DNA of 64,000 nucleotides from Alphaproteobacteria bacterium (GCA_017961285.1 JAGCXO010000018.1:874-64873), one strand, 5' to 3'; positions 29,594 to 40,285 are shown, counted from the stretch's first letter. Notes: generated by a model from the sequence alone, not told the origin. Numbers and translations: made by a program.

Positions 29594-30529
29594 ATGAAAT
29601 CAGCAAAAAACAAAACCATAGACATCAGTCTTAACGAAGGAAAAGAATATCTCGATCGTTGCCTTCGCATAAGTTCTAAAACAACACTCAACAAAATCAT
29701 CAACAAAACCATTGTCGGCGATTCTCTAAAGGTTATGTCCAAACTTCCCGCCTCATTTGTTGATTTGCTGATTGTTGATCCTCCCTACAATTTGAACAAG
29801 AATTTCCACGGCAACAAATTCAGCAAAATCAGCACTGCCGAATATCAGAAATATACGCAAGATTGGATAGAAAAAGTTATTCCTCTCCTAAAACCAAATG
29901 CTTCCATATATGTTTGTTGCGATTGGCTCTCAAGTATGATAATTGCCCCGATTTTGGAGCAAAACTTTAATATTTTAAACCGTATTACCTGGCAAAGAGA
30001 AAAAGGTCGCGGCTCTACCAAAAATTGGAAAAACGGCATGGAAGATATCTGGTTTGCAACCAATGGAAAAGAACACACTTTCAACCTAAACGCCGTAAAA
30101 ATCAGGCGCAAAGTTCTCGCCCCATACAAAAAAGATGGCCAACCGAAAGATTGGGAAGAAACATCTGACGGACGTTTTCGCAATACCTGCCCCTCAAATT
30201 TTTGGGACGATATTTCTATACCTTATTGGTCTATGCCCGAAAACACCGCACACCCTACCCAAAAACCAGAAAAACTTATTGCCAAACTTATCTTGGCCAG
30301 TTCCAACAAAAATGATGTTGTCTTTGATCCTTTTTTGGGTTCGGGCACAACTTCTGTTACCGCAAAAAAACTAAAAAGAAAATACGTCGGGATAGAACAA
30401 AATCCTCAATACTGCATCTGGGCAGAAAAACGCCTTGAACTCGCGGATACAAATCCGCAAATTCAAGGCTATTCTAATGGAATATTTTTGGAGCGCAACA
30501 CAAGTCTGCACCAAAAAAATAATTCATAA
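29594..30529 (+). CDS. Beta-class N6-adenine/N4-cytosine DNA methyltransferase, CcrM/M.HinfI-like, with no adjacent endonuclease
   Basis: 311 aa. Motif IV DPPYNL precedes motif I FDPFLGSGTTSV (beta-class order). No restriction gene on either side. Confidence 0.8.
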   Translation: MKSAKNKTIDISLNEGKEYLDRCLRISSKTTLNKIINKTIVGDSLKVMSKLPASFVDLLIVDPPYNLNKNFHGNKFSKISTAEYQKYTQDWIEKVIPLLKPNASIYVCCDWLSSMIIAPILEQNFNILNRITWQREKGRGSTKNWKNGMEDIWFATNGKEHTFNLNAVKIRRKVLAPYKKDGQPKDWEETSDGRFRNTCPSNFWDDISIPYWSMPENTAHPTQKPEKLIAKLILASSNKNDVVFDPFLGSGTTSVTAKKLKRKYVGIEQNPQYCIWAEKRLELADTNPQIQGYSNGIFLERNTSLHQKNNS

Positions 30530-30531
30530 AT

Positions 30532-31065
30532 TTAATTCTGAGCTATCGGAGCAGCCGCTGCCAAAATATCTAACAATTTTTTGGTAGCCTCTTCATTAGA
30601 AATATTATTGCAAACCGCATATTCACTGGACAAGCGGTCCAAAGCATGTTCATAAATTTGACGTTCGCTATAAGACTGATCCGCCAAATTTTCTCTTCTG
30701 TGCAAATCTCTGATAACTTCTGCAATAGCACTCGGATTGCCCGAATTGATTTTGTTTTCATACTCCTGCGCACGGCGAGACCACATAACTTTCTTAACCT
30801 TGGCTTTGCCCTTCAAAATCTCCAGAGCACTGTCCATAACCGAATTCTCCGAGATTTTGCGCAACCCATTCAGTCCGGCTTTAGCCAACGGAACACGCAA
30901 AGTCATTTTATCTCGGTCAAAGTTAACAACAATCAATTCCATATCCGAGCCGGCGATTTTCTGCGTATAAATATCCGAAACCTTGCCAACGCCCTGTGCC
31001 GGATAAACAACATATTCGCCGGAATTAAAAGTAATTTTTGAAGCTGCTTTTTTTACCATATTCAA
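30532..31065 (-). CDS. carD: CarD/CdnL-family RNA-polymerase-binding regulator
   Basis: 177 aa. VVYPAQGVGKV..DMELIVV..MTLRVP Tudor-like N-terminal domain. Confidence 0.85.
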   Translation of the reverse strand: MNMVKKAASKITFNSGEYVVYPAQGVGKVSDIYTQKIAGSDMELIVVNFDRDKMTLRVPLAKAGLNGLRKISENSVMDSALEILKGKAKVKKVMWSRRAQEYENKINSGNPSAIAEVIRDLHRRENLADQSYSERQIYEHALDRLSSEYAVCNNISNEEATKKLLDILAAAAPIAQN

Positions 31066-31232
31066 TTCCTTGCAAAATAAAAAATTACCAAAAGCCTTGT
31101 TTCTAGCAAGACAGAACGGAATATATCACATTTTAAAGCAAAAATCTAGAGTTTTTTTGAAAAAAAATTGTCCAACATAAAAATAATTACTTTCAGCACT
31201 CAGAGTAGCGATATCCATAAATAAATCAAATT

Positions 31233-32384
31233 TTATTTTGAACGTTTCAACTTTGCCAAAATTAAGGACCGCAGCACCTCTGCTTTTTGCATAACCGGCT
31301 CAGATCCCATTGTAGAAGATGATCCTCGTAAATAGGCCAATTTCTGGACTACCTTCTCATTTTTTACCTTAGGTCTTGTCTCCTGCTTATCTTTTGAAAA
31401 TAATTTTGATACCCTGTCAAAAAATCTTCCTCCGTTCTGATTTTCTTCAGAACCTCTTTCGGAATTTATAACATTTTCAACTCGCTTTGAGATATTATCA
31501 TTCCAATAATTTTTCTGTGGTTTTCGGCTTTTTGCATATTGCTGCAAAAATTTATCAACATATTTTCCATTTTCATAAATAGTAAACATCATATGCGTTT
31601 TCCTATCATAAAGATAGGTCTTCAAATGTGGATTTGTTTCTTTTTCTACAAATGTTTCATTAGCTTCATACGAGGCTTTACGTAAATCCTTCCAATCAAT
31701 ATTCGGATTATAGCTATTCATTTCCAAACCGCCATCATGCGAATACATTTGATTTTCTGATGCTTGGTACTCTTCCACAAAACCAAAACGCGATGTTGTA
31801 TCCATATGAGCATAATTAAGAGCTGTGCTCATTTTTGGTGTAGCATACACAAATGCACGACTTCCATCTGAAATTGTAGTATACGCAGCATCACCCATTG
31901 ATGTACCACGATAAAGTTTTATCGGTCCTTTTTCTCCAATATTCTCATCCAAACCGTCATGTCCCAAAAAATATTCCATACTTCTTTTTTCTAATTTATG
32001 CTTGAGAAGATGCTTCAAAACCTCTTCATCAGAAGATATTTCAGGTAGGTTTTCCGATTTTGGAGCCAAAAATTGATCTTTATATTTTGTCTTGAATGGA
32101 GCATACCCAATCTTATTTTGCTCAAATTTTTGTGATAAATCCTGCATAAAAGGTAAAACTTCTTCCGGATTCATAAAAGGTGTACAAAGCAAACTTTTAC
32201 TCTTATCATATACAAAAACCGACGGATTAGCAGCTTTTTCATCATCACTCGATACAACATTATAACCATTTTGATTGAAAAAAGAAAGCATATCAACACC
32301 AGGCAAAGCCGAACACATCACTTCAACCGAGGCAGGCTCTGTCAGTTTATCAGCATTTTCTGGAATTTTTGGCAGCTTCTCCAT
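31233..32384 (-). CDS. Hypothetical protein with a possible R-S-E ADP-ribosyltransferase-like core
   Basis: Start taken at the second ATG (MEKLPKIP), which has GGAAGGAG 8 nt upstream. The ordered motifs are KLYRGTS, then FVYATPKMSTALNY, then HDGGLEMNSY. No signal peptide. Lys/Arg-rich C-terminal tail. Confidence 0.5.
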   Translation of the reverse strand: MEKLPKIPENADKLTEPASVEVMCSALPGVDMLSFFNQNGYNVVSSDDEKAANPSVFVYDKSKSLLCTPFMNPEEVLPFMQDLSQKFEQNKIGYAPFKTKYKDQFLAPKSENLPEISSDEEVLKHLLKHKLEKRSMEYFLGHDGLDENIGEKGPIKLYRGTSMGDAAYTTISDGSRAFVYATPKMSTALNYAHMDTTSRFGFVEEYQASENQMYSHDGGLEMNSYNPNIDWKDLRKASYEANETFVEKETNPHLKTYLYDRKTHMMFTIYENGKYVDKFLQQYAKSRKPQKNYWNDNISKRVENVINSERGSEENQNGGRFFDRVSKLFSKDKQETRPKVKNEKVVQKLAYLRGSSSTMGSEPVMQKAEVLRSLILAKLKRSK

Positions 32385-32484
32385 CAAAATTACTCCTTCC
32401 ATAATCTATCCATTATTATACAAAATCCAAAAGTATTGTCAACAATACCCAATAATTGACAAGTTACCTCAATAGCACATATTG

Positions 32485-32516
32485 CACAAAAAAGACCTCT
32501 CATGTCTGAGAGGTCT
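32485..32516 (-). terminator. Rho-independent terminator after rpoA
   Basis: Hairpin agacctctca-tgtc-tgagaggtct, followed on the minus strand by a T-run. Confidence 0.75.
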
Positions 32517-32536
32517 CTCAAGTCTATCGATTTTCA

Positions 32537-33547
32537 TTAAAAGTGTTCATCAACACGCTTAATCAAATCCTCAATATTCTCTGGCGGCCAGCCTGGAACA
32601 TCCATTCCAAGATGGATTCCCATCTTCGCCAAAACTTCCTTAATCTCGTTCAAAGACTTACGTCCAAAGTTTGGAGTACGCAACATTTCTGCCTCGGTCT
32701 TTTGAACCAAATCGCCGATATAAACAATGTTATCATTCTTCAAGCAGTTTGCAGAACGAACAGAAAGTTCAAGCTCTTCAACTTTTTTCAACAAGTTCTT
32801 GTTGAACGGAAGTTCTTCTTTTTCTGCCTCAACTTCATGCTCCGGCTCATCAAAGTTAATAAACGGCTTCAATTGATCTTGCAAAATGCGAGCAGCAAAA
32901 GCAACTGCATCCTCAGGGGTAACAACACCATTGGTTTCAACAACCATAGTCAACTTATCATAGTCAGTAACTTGACCAACACGTGTGTTATCAACGCGAT
33001 ATGATACTCTCTTAACAGGAGAATAAATTGCATCAACCGCAATCAAACCAATCGGTGCATCAGAAGGCTTATTTTGACTTGCCGGAACATAACCTTTACC
33101 TGTACCGACGGTCAATTCCATATTTATCTTTGCGCCTGCATCAAGATTGCAAATAACCAAATCAGGATTCATAATTTCAACATCATGACCCGTTTCAATC
33201 ATTGCCGCAGTAACAACGCAAGGACCTTCTGCTTTCAAAGTCATACGCTTGGTGCCTTCGCTGTGAACAGCTACCGCCAAACACTTAACGTTGAGCACAA
33301 TATCAGTTACATCCTCTCTAACACCGGGAATAACCGAAAATTCATGCAACACACCGTCAATTTTGATTGCGGTAACAGCACCGCCTTGCAGAGAAGACAA
33401 CAAAATTCTTCTCAAGGCATTACCCAAAGTAAGCCCAAAGCCTCTTTCCAAAGGCTCTACCACTATTTTGGCCTTGTTTCCGCCATCGCTAGGAACAACT
33501 TCCAAATTAGTCGGTTTAATAAGTTCTTGCCAATTCTTTTGAATCAC
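32537..33547 (-). CDS. rpoA: DNA-directed RNA polymerase subunit alpha
   Basis: 336 aa. [17 protein letters not shown], and a C-terminal domain [18 protein letters not shown]. Confidence 0.95.
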   Translation of the reverse strand: MIQKNWQELIKPTNLEVVPSDGGNKAKIVVEPLERGFGLTLGNALRRILLSSLQGGAVTAIKIDGVLHEFSVIPGVREDVTDIVLNVKCLAVAVHSEGTKRMTLKAEGPCVVTAAMIETGHDVEIMNPDLVICNLDAGAKINMELTVGTGKGYVPASQNKPSDAPIGLIAVDAIYSPVKRVSYRVDNTRVGQVTDYDKLTMVVETNGVVTPEDAVAFAARILQDQLKPFINFDEPEHEVEAEKEELPFNKNLLKKVEELELSVRSANCLKNDNIVYIGDLVQKTEAEMLRTPNFGRKSLNEIKEVLAKMGIHLGMDVPGWPPENIEDLIKRVDEHF

Positions 33548-33634
33548 TGGGATATCCTCATTATTAGTGCATATGCTATGTTATAAAAACAGATAGCAAG
33601 ACCGGAATACACCGGCCCCACTACCAAAATATTA

Positions 33635-34018
33635 TTATACGCGGCGACGTTTGCGCAAACGACAGCCGTTATGTGGAATTGGAGTCACATCGCGAATTGT
33701 TGTGATAGTAAAGCCAACAACTTGCAAAGCTCTTATTGCAGACTCTCTTCCCGAACCTGGGCCTTTTACTTCAACTTCCAATGTCTTCATTCCGCACTCC
33801 ATAGCCTTTTTACCGGCATCTTCGGCAGCAACTTGTGCTGCATATGGAGTAGATTTTCGAGACCCCTTAAAACCTTGTGCACCCGCAGTTGCCCAGGCAA
33901 CAGTATTACCTTGAGCATCAGTTATTGTAATACGGGTATTGTTAAAAGTAGAATTCACATGGGCCACACCGGCAGTGATATTCTTTTTCTCTTTTTTCTT
34001 TTGTGTTACTTTTGCCAT
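33635..34018 (-). CDS. rpsK: 30S ribosomal protein S11
   Basis: 127 aa. [11 protein letters not shown] and [14 protein letters not shown]. Confidence 0.95.
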   Translation of the reverse strand: MAKVTQKKKEKKNITAGVAHVNSTFNNTRITITDAQGNTVAWATAGAQGFKGSRKSTPYAAQVAAEDAGKKAMECGMKTLEVEVKGPGSGRESAIRALQVVGFTITTIRDVTPIPHNGCRLRKRRRV

Positions 34019-34033
34019 TTGGGGACCTACCTA

Positions 34034-34402
34034 CTATTTCTTCTTGTTAGCGACTGTCTTACGTTTACCTTTGCGAGTTCTAGCATTTTGCTTTGTGCTT
34101 TGTCCACGCACCGGCAAACCCTTACGATGTCTTAAACCTCTATAACATCCAAGGTCCATCAGTCTTTTAATATTAACACCAACTTCGCGACGCAATTCAC
34201 CCTCAACCAGGTAGTCGCGATCAATAACTTCACGCACCTTTGCAATGTCTTCTTCAGACATATCAGCAACGCGCGCATCAGGATTAACCCCCGATTTCGC
34301 ACAAATATCCTGAGCATTTTTTCTACCGATACCAAATATATAAGTCAAAGCAATCTCTATCTTTTTGGCAGTCGGAATATTTACACCAGCTATACGAGCC
34401 AA
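34034..34402 (-). CDS. rpsM: 30S ribosomal protein S13
   Basis: 122 aa. [16 protein letters not shown] and [15 protein letters not shown]. Confidence 0.95.
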   Translation of the reverse strand: MARIAGVNIPTAKKIEIALTYIFGIGRKNAQDICAKSGVNPDARVADMSEEDIAKVREVIDRDYLVEGELRREVGVNIKRLMDLGCYRGLRHRKGLPVRGQSTKQNARTRKGKRKTVANKKK

Positions 34403-34529
34403 ATTTCATCTCCATCTAAAAAATTAAACTTAAAAAGTTGATCACCACTTTTCAAAATTAAGGCGGATTATATGACAATATTTAATTGTGTCAAGACTTA
34501 ACTTAATGATTTATTAAAAAAATTTACAA

Positions 34530-35219
34530 TCAGCAAATTTCAGCGTTTCTCTGCCCTATTACTTTGGCAATTCTTTCAGCCACAACACCAACATTTCCGT
34601 TACCGTCGACTTTTTCCAACAACCCCTTCTGTTCATAATACTTAATTGTAGGATAAGTTACATCGCGATATTTTTGTATACGTTTTTCAATTGTTTCGCA
34701 GGTATCATCGATTCGTTTAGAAAACTCTGTTCCTCCGCAAACATCACAAACACCTGCAACTTCTGGCTTATAAAATTTATCGCTATAATTCTCTCCGCAC
34801 TTAACGCAGGTATAGCGTCCGAGAATACGTTCAATTATGATATTATCAGGAACAACAATCTCAATAACGGCATCAAGCTTTATATCACGTTCAATCAACA
34901 TCTCATCCAAAGCTTCCGCCTGAAGAACAGTTCTGGGAAAACCGTCCAAAATAAAACCCTTATCACAATCACTTTGTGCGATTCGTTTTGACACCATTTC
35001 AATAATCAACTCATCCGGCGCAAAATTTCCCTTTGCGAGCAAAGGTTCCAACTTTTTTCCGATTTCTGTGCCTTTGCGAATTTCCTCGCGCAACATCTCT
35101 CCTGCCGAAAGATGGCACAAACCCAGTTCACGCTTCAAAACACCGGCTTGGGTTCCCTTGCCGGTTCCGGGAGCGCCGGTCAAAACCAAATGCACTCCCG
35201 TTTTTTTATCAACAAACAT
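34530..35219 (-). CDS. adk: Adenylate kinase (zinc-lid type)
   Basis: P-loop GAPGTGKGTQ, FILDGFPRT, and lid cysteines CVKCG..CDVCG. Confidence 0.9.
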   Translation of the reverse strand: MFVDKKTGVHLVLTGAPGTGKGTQAGVLKRELGLCHLSAGEMLREEIRKGTEIGKKLEPLLAKGNFAPDELIIEMVSKRIAQSDCDKGFILDGFPRTVLQAEALDEMLIERDIKLDAVIEIVVPDNIIIERILGRYTCVKCGENYSDKFYKPEVAGVCDVCGGTEFSKRIDDTCETIEKRIQKYRDVTYPTIKYYEQKGLLEKVDGNGNVGVVAERIAKVIGQRNAEIC

Positions 35220-36574
35220 TATTTTCTTTTGCCTTTTTTATTAACCAAAGCAGCCTTTTTGAGCAAACCTTCATATTGATAAGCAATAAGATGTGTTTGC
35301 ACTTGACTTACAAAGTCCATAGTAACTTGAACCACGATCAACAGTGTTGTGCCGCCCAATACAAACGGAACCGAAAGTTTAGAAATCAAAACCTCAGGCA
35401 AAATACATAAGGCCGTCAGATAAAAAGCCCCCAAAACAGTCAATCTAGTAATAACATAATCAAGATACTCTGCCGTATTTTTTCCCGGTCTGATTCCGGC
35501 AATAAAACCGCCGTGCTTCTTCAAGTTATCAGCTGTTTCTTCAGGATTGAAAACAACTGCCGTATAGAAAAACGCGAAGAAAACAATCAAAGATCCATAC
35601 AAAATCAAATATAACGGCTGTCCATGTCCCAAAAGATTGCTGAGCGTTCTAACCCAGCTCGGACCGCTGTTCGCCGAGAAATTGGCAATCGTAATCGGCA
35701 ACAACAACAAAGAGCTTGCAAAAATCGGAGGAATAACGCCGGTCGGGTTAATCTTGAGCGGCAAGTGAGAACTTTCAGCAGAAGTCATTTTCATACCCAT
35801 CTGACGCTTCGGATATTGAATAATAACTTTTCTTTGTGCTCTTTCAATCAATACAATGATATAAACCAAGGCCAAAACCATAACCATCAGCATCAAAATG
35901 AGCCAAATAGACATTGAGCCTACTCTTCCCAATTCAAAAGTTTGAGCCAAAGCACTAGGAATATTGGCAATAATACCTACGGTAATGATAAGAGACGAAC
36001 CATTACCTACGCCGCGAGAAGTAATTTGGTCACCCAACCAAACAATAAACATTGTGCCACCGACCAAAGAAACAACCGTCGTAAATCTAAAGATAAATCC
36101 TGGCATCAAAACTGCAGAAGACCCTGCTCCACCGGTCATACCTTCCAAACCGACAGCGATTCCATAGCCTTGAATAATTGTAATAAACACCGTCAAAACC
36201 TTTGTATAATGAACCATTTTGCGATGTCCTGCTTCACCTTCTTTTTTGAGCGCAGCCAAAGACGGAACAATAGATTGACCAAGCTGCAATATAATCGAAG
36301 CCGAGATATAAGGCATAATGTTCAAAGCAAAAATTGTCATACGTGCCAACGCACCACCGGCAAACATATTGAACATACCCAATATTCCATTGGAATTTCT
36401 TGAAAAAATATCCGCTAAAATATGAGGATCAATTCCCGGAAGAGGGATAAATGTTCCCAAACGAAAAACTATCAATGCTAAAATTGTAAACCATAGTCTT
36501 TTTTTGAGTTCTTCGGCTTTGCCAAAAGCAGACATATCAAGATTGGCAGCCATTTTCTCTGCAAGTGATACCAT
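35219..36574 (-). CDS. secY: Preprotein translocase subunit SecY
   Basis: 451 aa, 10 TM helices. LGIMPYISASII-like motif (LNIMPYISASIILQL) and GGFIAGIRPG. Confidence 0.95.
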   Translation of the reverse strand: MVSLAEKMAANLDMSAFGKAEELKKRLWFTILALIVFRLGTFIPLPGIDPHILADIFSRNSNGILGMFNMFAGGALARMTIFALNIMPYISASIILQLGQSIVPSLAALKKEGEAGHRKMVHYTKVLTVFITIIQGYGIAVGLEGMTGGAGSSAVLMPGFIFRFTTVVSLVGGTMFIVWLGDQITSRGVGNGSSLIITVGIIANIPSALAQTFELGRVGSMSIWLILMLMVMVLALVYIIVLIERAQRKVIIQYPKRQMGMKMTSAESSHLPLKINPTGVIPPIFASSLLLLPITIANFSANSGPSWVRTLSNLLGHGQPLYLILYGSLIVFFAFFYTAVVFNPEETADNLKKHGGFIAGIRPGKNTAEYLDYVITRLTVLGAFYLTALCILPEVLISKLSVPFVLGGTTLLIVVQVTMDFVSQVQTHLIAYQYEGLLKKAALVNKKGKRK

Positions 36575-36697
36575 TTTTATTTCCTTATTTAAAATAACAA
36601 TATATTCAGGAACAACGTCCCAGTTGATGACAATTTAATACAACAAATAAAAATTTATGCAACAAATTTCTCTTTATCCTCAATTTTATGCATATAA

Positions 36698-37168
36698 CTA
36701 TTTTTTCGGAAACATATTTGTTTGTCGCAAAGCCTCTCCCAAAACCATTGTCGCCGATACCGCAACATTTATTGAACGCGCACATTCTTCCATCGGAATA
36801 ACCAACCTTGCATCAACTGTATCATGCACAATTTGCGGCACTCCTGCACTTTCTCTTCCCAAAAGCAATACGTCATTTGGCCTGAAATCAAATTTCGTAT
36901 ATGGGATTGATGATTTTGTCGTCAGCAAAACGATTCTGCCATACTCATCCGGATGTTCTTTTGCATATTGCAAAAAATCCTCCCATGAATCATGGCGGCG
37001 ATATTTTACCAATTCCAAATAATCCATACCATAACGTCGCAGAGCATGCTCGCTAAAAACAAAACCGCAAGGCTCGATTATATCAACTTCAACACCGACA
37101 CAGGCACCAAGTCTGAGCATGGTGCCTGTGTTTTGCGGCATATCCGGCTGAAATAATGCCAAGCGCAT
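36698..37168 (-). CDS. trmL: tRNA (cytidine/uridine-2'-O)-methyltransferase TrmL (SpoU/TrmH family)
   Basis: 156 aa. PQNTGTMLRLGAC and SLNVAVSATMVLGEALRQ-like motifs. Confidence 0.85.
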   Translation of the reverse strand: MRLALFQPDMPQNTGTMLRLGACVGVEVDIIEPCGFVFSEHALRRYGMDYLELVKYRRHDSWEDFLQYAKEHPDEYGRIVLLTTKSSIPYTKFDFRPNDVLLLGRESAGVPQIVHDTVDARLVIPMEECARSINVAVSATMVLGEALRQTNMFPKK

Positions 37169-40100
37169 TTATGCACCCTTTGACATTGAGGCCACAACTT
37201 TTGCATCAAAGCAGATTTTAATACCTTCAATATCTGCCATAACACCTTGCTGACAAACATCATTTGTCTTAACCGACAAAACCTGTTCGGCAATATAAGC
37301 TGCATTTTCATTCAATGCTTTGGCCAAATTTTCATCTGCCGTCTGCCAACTAAGTTCAATTCTGTCAGAAATATCAAAGTTTTTATCTTTACGCAAAGTT
37401 TGAACCAATCTCACAAAGTCACGAGCCATTCCTTCACGCTTCAACTCTTCGGTAACATTCGTATCCAACATTGCTAAAGCCTTATTCTCTGCAAAGGCCT
37501 GACCGGCAACACCATCTTTCAATTCCAAACGAATTTCAAACAAATCATTTGTCAGATTCTTTCCGGCGATACTCAATGTTCCATCGTCATTAAGTTGCCA
37601 TTGACCTTGCTTATATGCAGCCATAACCGCGCCCATATCTTTGCCCAAAGCTTTACCTAGCAACGGGGTATAAAGATAAACGCGTTTTGAAGCATAGTTA
37701 TCAAGATTGTCGTCAAACAAAACTTGTTTAACATTGAGCTCGTCTTTGACAATTTCCTGATATTCTTCTTTCAAATGACGTCCTACCAAAGTCATGCTGG
37801 CAAGAGGCAAACGATTGCGCAAATTTTTCTCTTCGCGAATAAATTTGCCGGCAGAACACAAATCTTGTAAAAAGTCCATTTCTTCCATCAATTCCTTATT
37901 ATCGGAGATTGCATTCAAATTCGGATAATCTGCCAAGTGAACCGATTCCTCACCGGTCAAATTCTTATAAACATGCTCGCATACAAATGGCATTAACGGT
38001 GCCATAATTTTGCTCAAATTTACAAGCACTGTATAAAGCACATCAAATGCCAGTTTGTCACCATTCCAAAAACGTTCACGAGTGCGGCGAATATACCAGT
38101 TGTTTAAAATTTCCATAAACAAAGCAATTTCGTTACAAGCAACACTGACATCATATGTCTCAATACCTTTCTTGACAATTGAAGCCAAATTTTTCAGTTT
38201 TGCCAAGATATATCTATCCAAAGATTCGCTCGATTCATAAACTTCTTTTGCTTTGTATCCCTCGGCATTTGCATAAAGAGTAAAGAAATAAAAAGCATTC
38301 CACAACGGAATTTGTGCCACACGAGCCGCCTTCACAATTTCTTTTCCTTCTTTATCAACCGCCAAATTTCCGCCTTTCAAAACCGGAGAAGAAACCAAGA
38401 ACCAACGCAAAGTATCCGAACCGATATTCTCCAATACTTCATTCGGATCCGGATAATTCTTCAAGCGTTTAGAGAGCTTTTGTCCTCCCTCTGCCATCAA
38501 TAATCCAGTGCAAATACAATTCTTAAATGCCGGCTTGTTATGCAAAGCTGTTGACAATACTGTCAAAGTATAGAACCAACCGCGGGTTTGATCTATTGCT
38601 TCAACAATAAAATCTGCCGGAAAATGTTCTTCAAACCATTGTTTGTTTTCAAACGGGTAGTGCACTTGCGCATAAGGCATTGAGCCCGATTCAAACCAAC
38701 AGTCGAACACATCACCGACCCTGCGCATCATTGTTTGACCGGAAGGATCATCAGGATTCGGATAAACCACATCATCAATATATGGCTTATGCAAATCTTT
38801 CACTTCAATACCGGTTTTTTCTTTAATTTCTTCGACCGAGCCCAAAACATCAACTCTCGGGAATTTCGGATTATCAGACTTCCAAACCGGAATTGGCGTT
38901 CCCCAAAAACGATTACGCGAAATCGACCAATCTCTTGCGCCTTCAAGCCACTTTCCGAAACGACCATCTCTGATGTGATCGGGAACCCAATTAATTTCCT
39001 GATTATTTTTGACCATGTCATCACGAAAATCCGTAACCTTCACAAACCAAGATGACATTGCTTTATAAATAAGCGGTGTATCGGTTCTCCAGCAGAAAGG
39101 ATATGAGTGAGTATATTGTTCTTTCTTAACCAACAATCCGTTTTCTTTCAGCCATTGCATAATCGGCTCATTGGTCTCAAAAACTTGCTTACCTGCATAA
39201 TCAGAAACTTCCGAAGTAAATTTTCCTGCTTCATCAACCGGACAAATAATCGGGAAATTATTGTCATAAGCGCGACAAACATCAAAGTCGTCAGCACCGA
39301 AACCAGGCGCAATGTGAACAACCCCCGTTCCGTCTTCGACCGAAACAAATTCACCGCTCAAAACCTTGAAGCATCCCTTTTCTTTCAAATTTTTGAAATA
39401 AGGAAACATCGGTTCATAGCTCATGCCGACCAATTCAGATCCCTTCATACTGCCGACCTTAACAGCTTTTTCAAGTTGCTTTTTATAACGTCCGAGCAGT
39501 GCTTCGGCCAAAATATATTTCTGTCCGTCTTCTTCCATAATTGCATAATCAATATCGTTACCGACGGCCAACATCAAATTGGAAGGCAAAGTCCACGGTG
39601 TTGTTGTCCAAACCAAAATTTTCATACCGTTTTCCAACTTGAACAAAATCGTAATCGCGTTATCGGTTTTTTCCTGATAACCGAGATTAACTTCAAAGTT
39701 GGACAATGGTGTTTCCGCCGCCCAAGAATATGGCAAAACTCTAAAGTCTTCATAAATCAAACCCTTGTCATAAAGACGCTTAAAGTTATTGATAACACTT
39801 TCCATAAACGGCAAATCCATGGTTTTGTAATCGCGCGAAAAATCAACCCAGCGACCGATTCTTTTGAACATTTCAACCCAAATACCGGAATATTTCAAAA
39901 CATCGGAACGGCAGAAATTATTAAACTTTTCAATACCGAACTCTTCAATTTGTTTACGTCCCGAAACGCCTAATTGTTTTTCCGCAGACATTTCTGCCGG
40001 CAATCCGTGACAATCCCACCCCAAGCGGCGATCAACTTTTTTACCGATCATAGTTTGAAAACGTGCAACAACATCTTTCACATAAGACACCATAATATGT

Positions 40101-40285
40101 CCGTAGTGCGGTGTCCCGTTGGCAAAAGGAGGTCCGTCATAAAAAACAAACTCTGCCGCACCGTCACGATTGTGAACAGATTTTTCAAATGTCTTGTCCT
40201 CGTCCCAAAATTTGAGAACGTTTTTTTCTAATTCTACAAAGTCAGGCTTCGCCTTAACTTCCGGGTAATATTTGGTCATGTTCAA
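37169..40285 (-). CDS. ileS: Isoleucine--tRNA ligase (long, type-2-like form)
   Basis: 1038 aa. HIGH variant PHYGHI, KMSKS variant KLSKRLKN and a CP1 editing insertion. Confidence 0.95.
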   Translation of the reverse strand: MNMTKYYPEVKAKPDFVELEKNVLKFWDEDKTFEKSVHNRDGAAEFVFYDGPPFANGTPHYGHIMVSYVKDVVARFQTMIGKKVDRRLGWDCHGLPAEMSAEKQLGVSGRKQIEEFGIEKFNNFCRSDVLKYSGIWVEMFKRIGRWVDFSRDYKTMDLPFMESVINNFKRLYDKGLIYEDFRVLPYSWAAETPLSNFEVNLGYQEKTDNAITILFKLENGMKILVWTTTPWTLPSNLMLAVGNDIDYAIMEEDGQKYILAEALLGRYKKQLEKAVKVGSMKGSELVGMSYEPMFPYFKNLKEKGCFKVLSGEFVSVEDGTGVVHIAPGFGADDFDVCRAYDNNFPIICPVDEAGKFTSEVSDYAGKQVFETNEPIMQWLKENGLLVKKEQYTHSYPFCWRTDTPLIYKAMSSWFVKVTDFRDDMVKNNQEINWVPDHIRDGRFGKWLEGARDWSISRNRFWGTPIPVWKSDNPKFPRVDVLGSVEEIKEKTGIEVKDLHKPYIDDVVYPNPDDPSGQTMMRRVGDVFDCWFESGSMPYAQVHYPFENKQWFEEHFPADFIVEAIDQTRGWFYTLTVLSTALHNKPAFKNCICTGLLMAEGGQKLSKRLKNYPDPNEVLENIGSDTLRWFLVSSPVLKGGNLAVDKEGKEIVKAARVAQIPLWNAFYFFTLYANAEGYKAKEVYESSESLDRYILAKLKNLASIVKKGIETYDVSVACNEIALFMEILNNWYIRRTRERFWNGDKLAFDVLYTVLVNLSKIMAPLMPFVCEHVYKNLTGEESVHLADYPNLNAISDNKELMEEMDFLQDLCSAGKFIREEKNLRNRLPLASMTLVGRHLKEEYQEIVKDELNVKQVLFDDNLDNYASKRVYLYTPLLGKALGKDMGAVMAAYKQGQWQLNDDGTLSIAGKNLTNDLFEIRLELKDGVAGQAFAENKALAMLDTNVTEELKREGMARDFVRLVQTLRKDKNFDISDRIELSWQTADENLAKALNENAAYIAEQVLSVKTNDVCQQGVMADIEGIKICFDAKVVASMSKGA

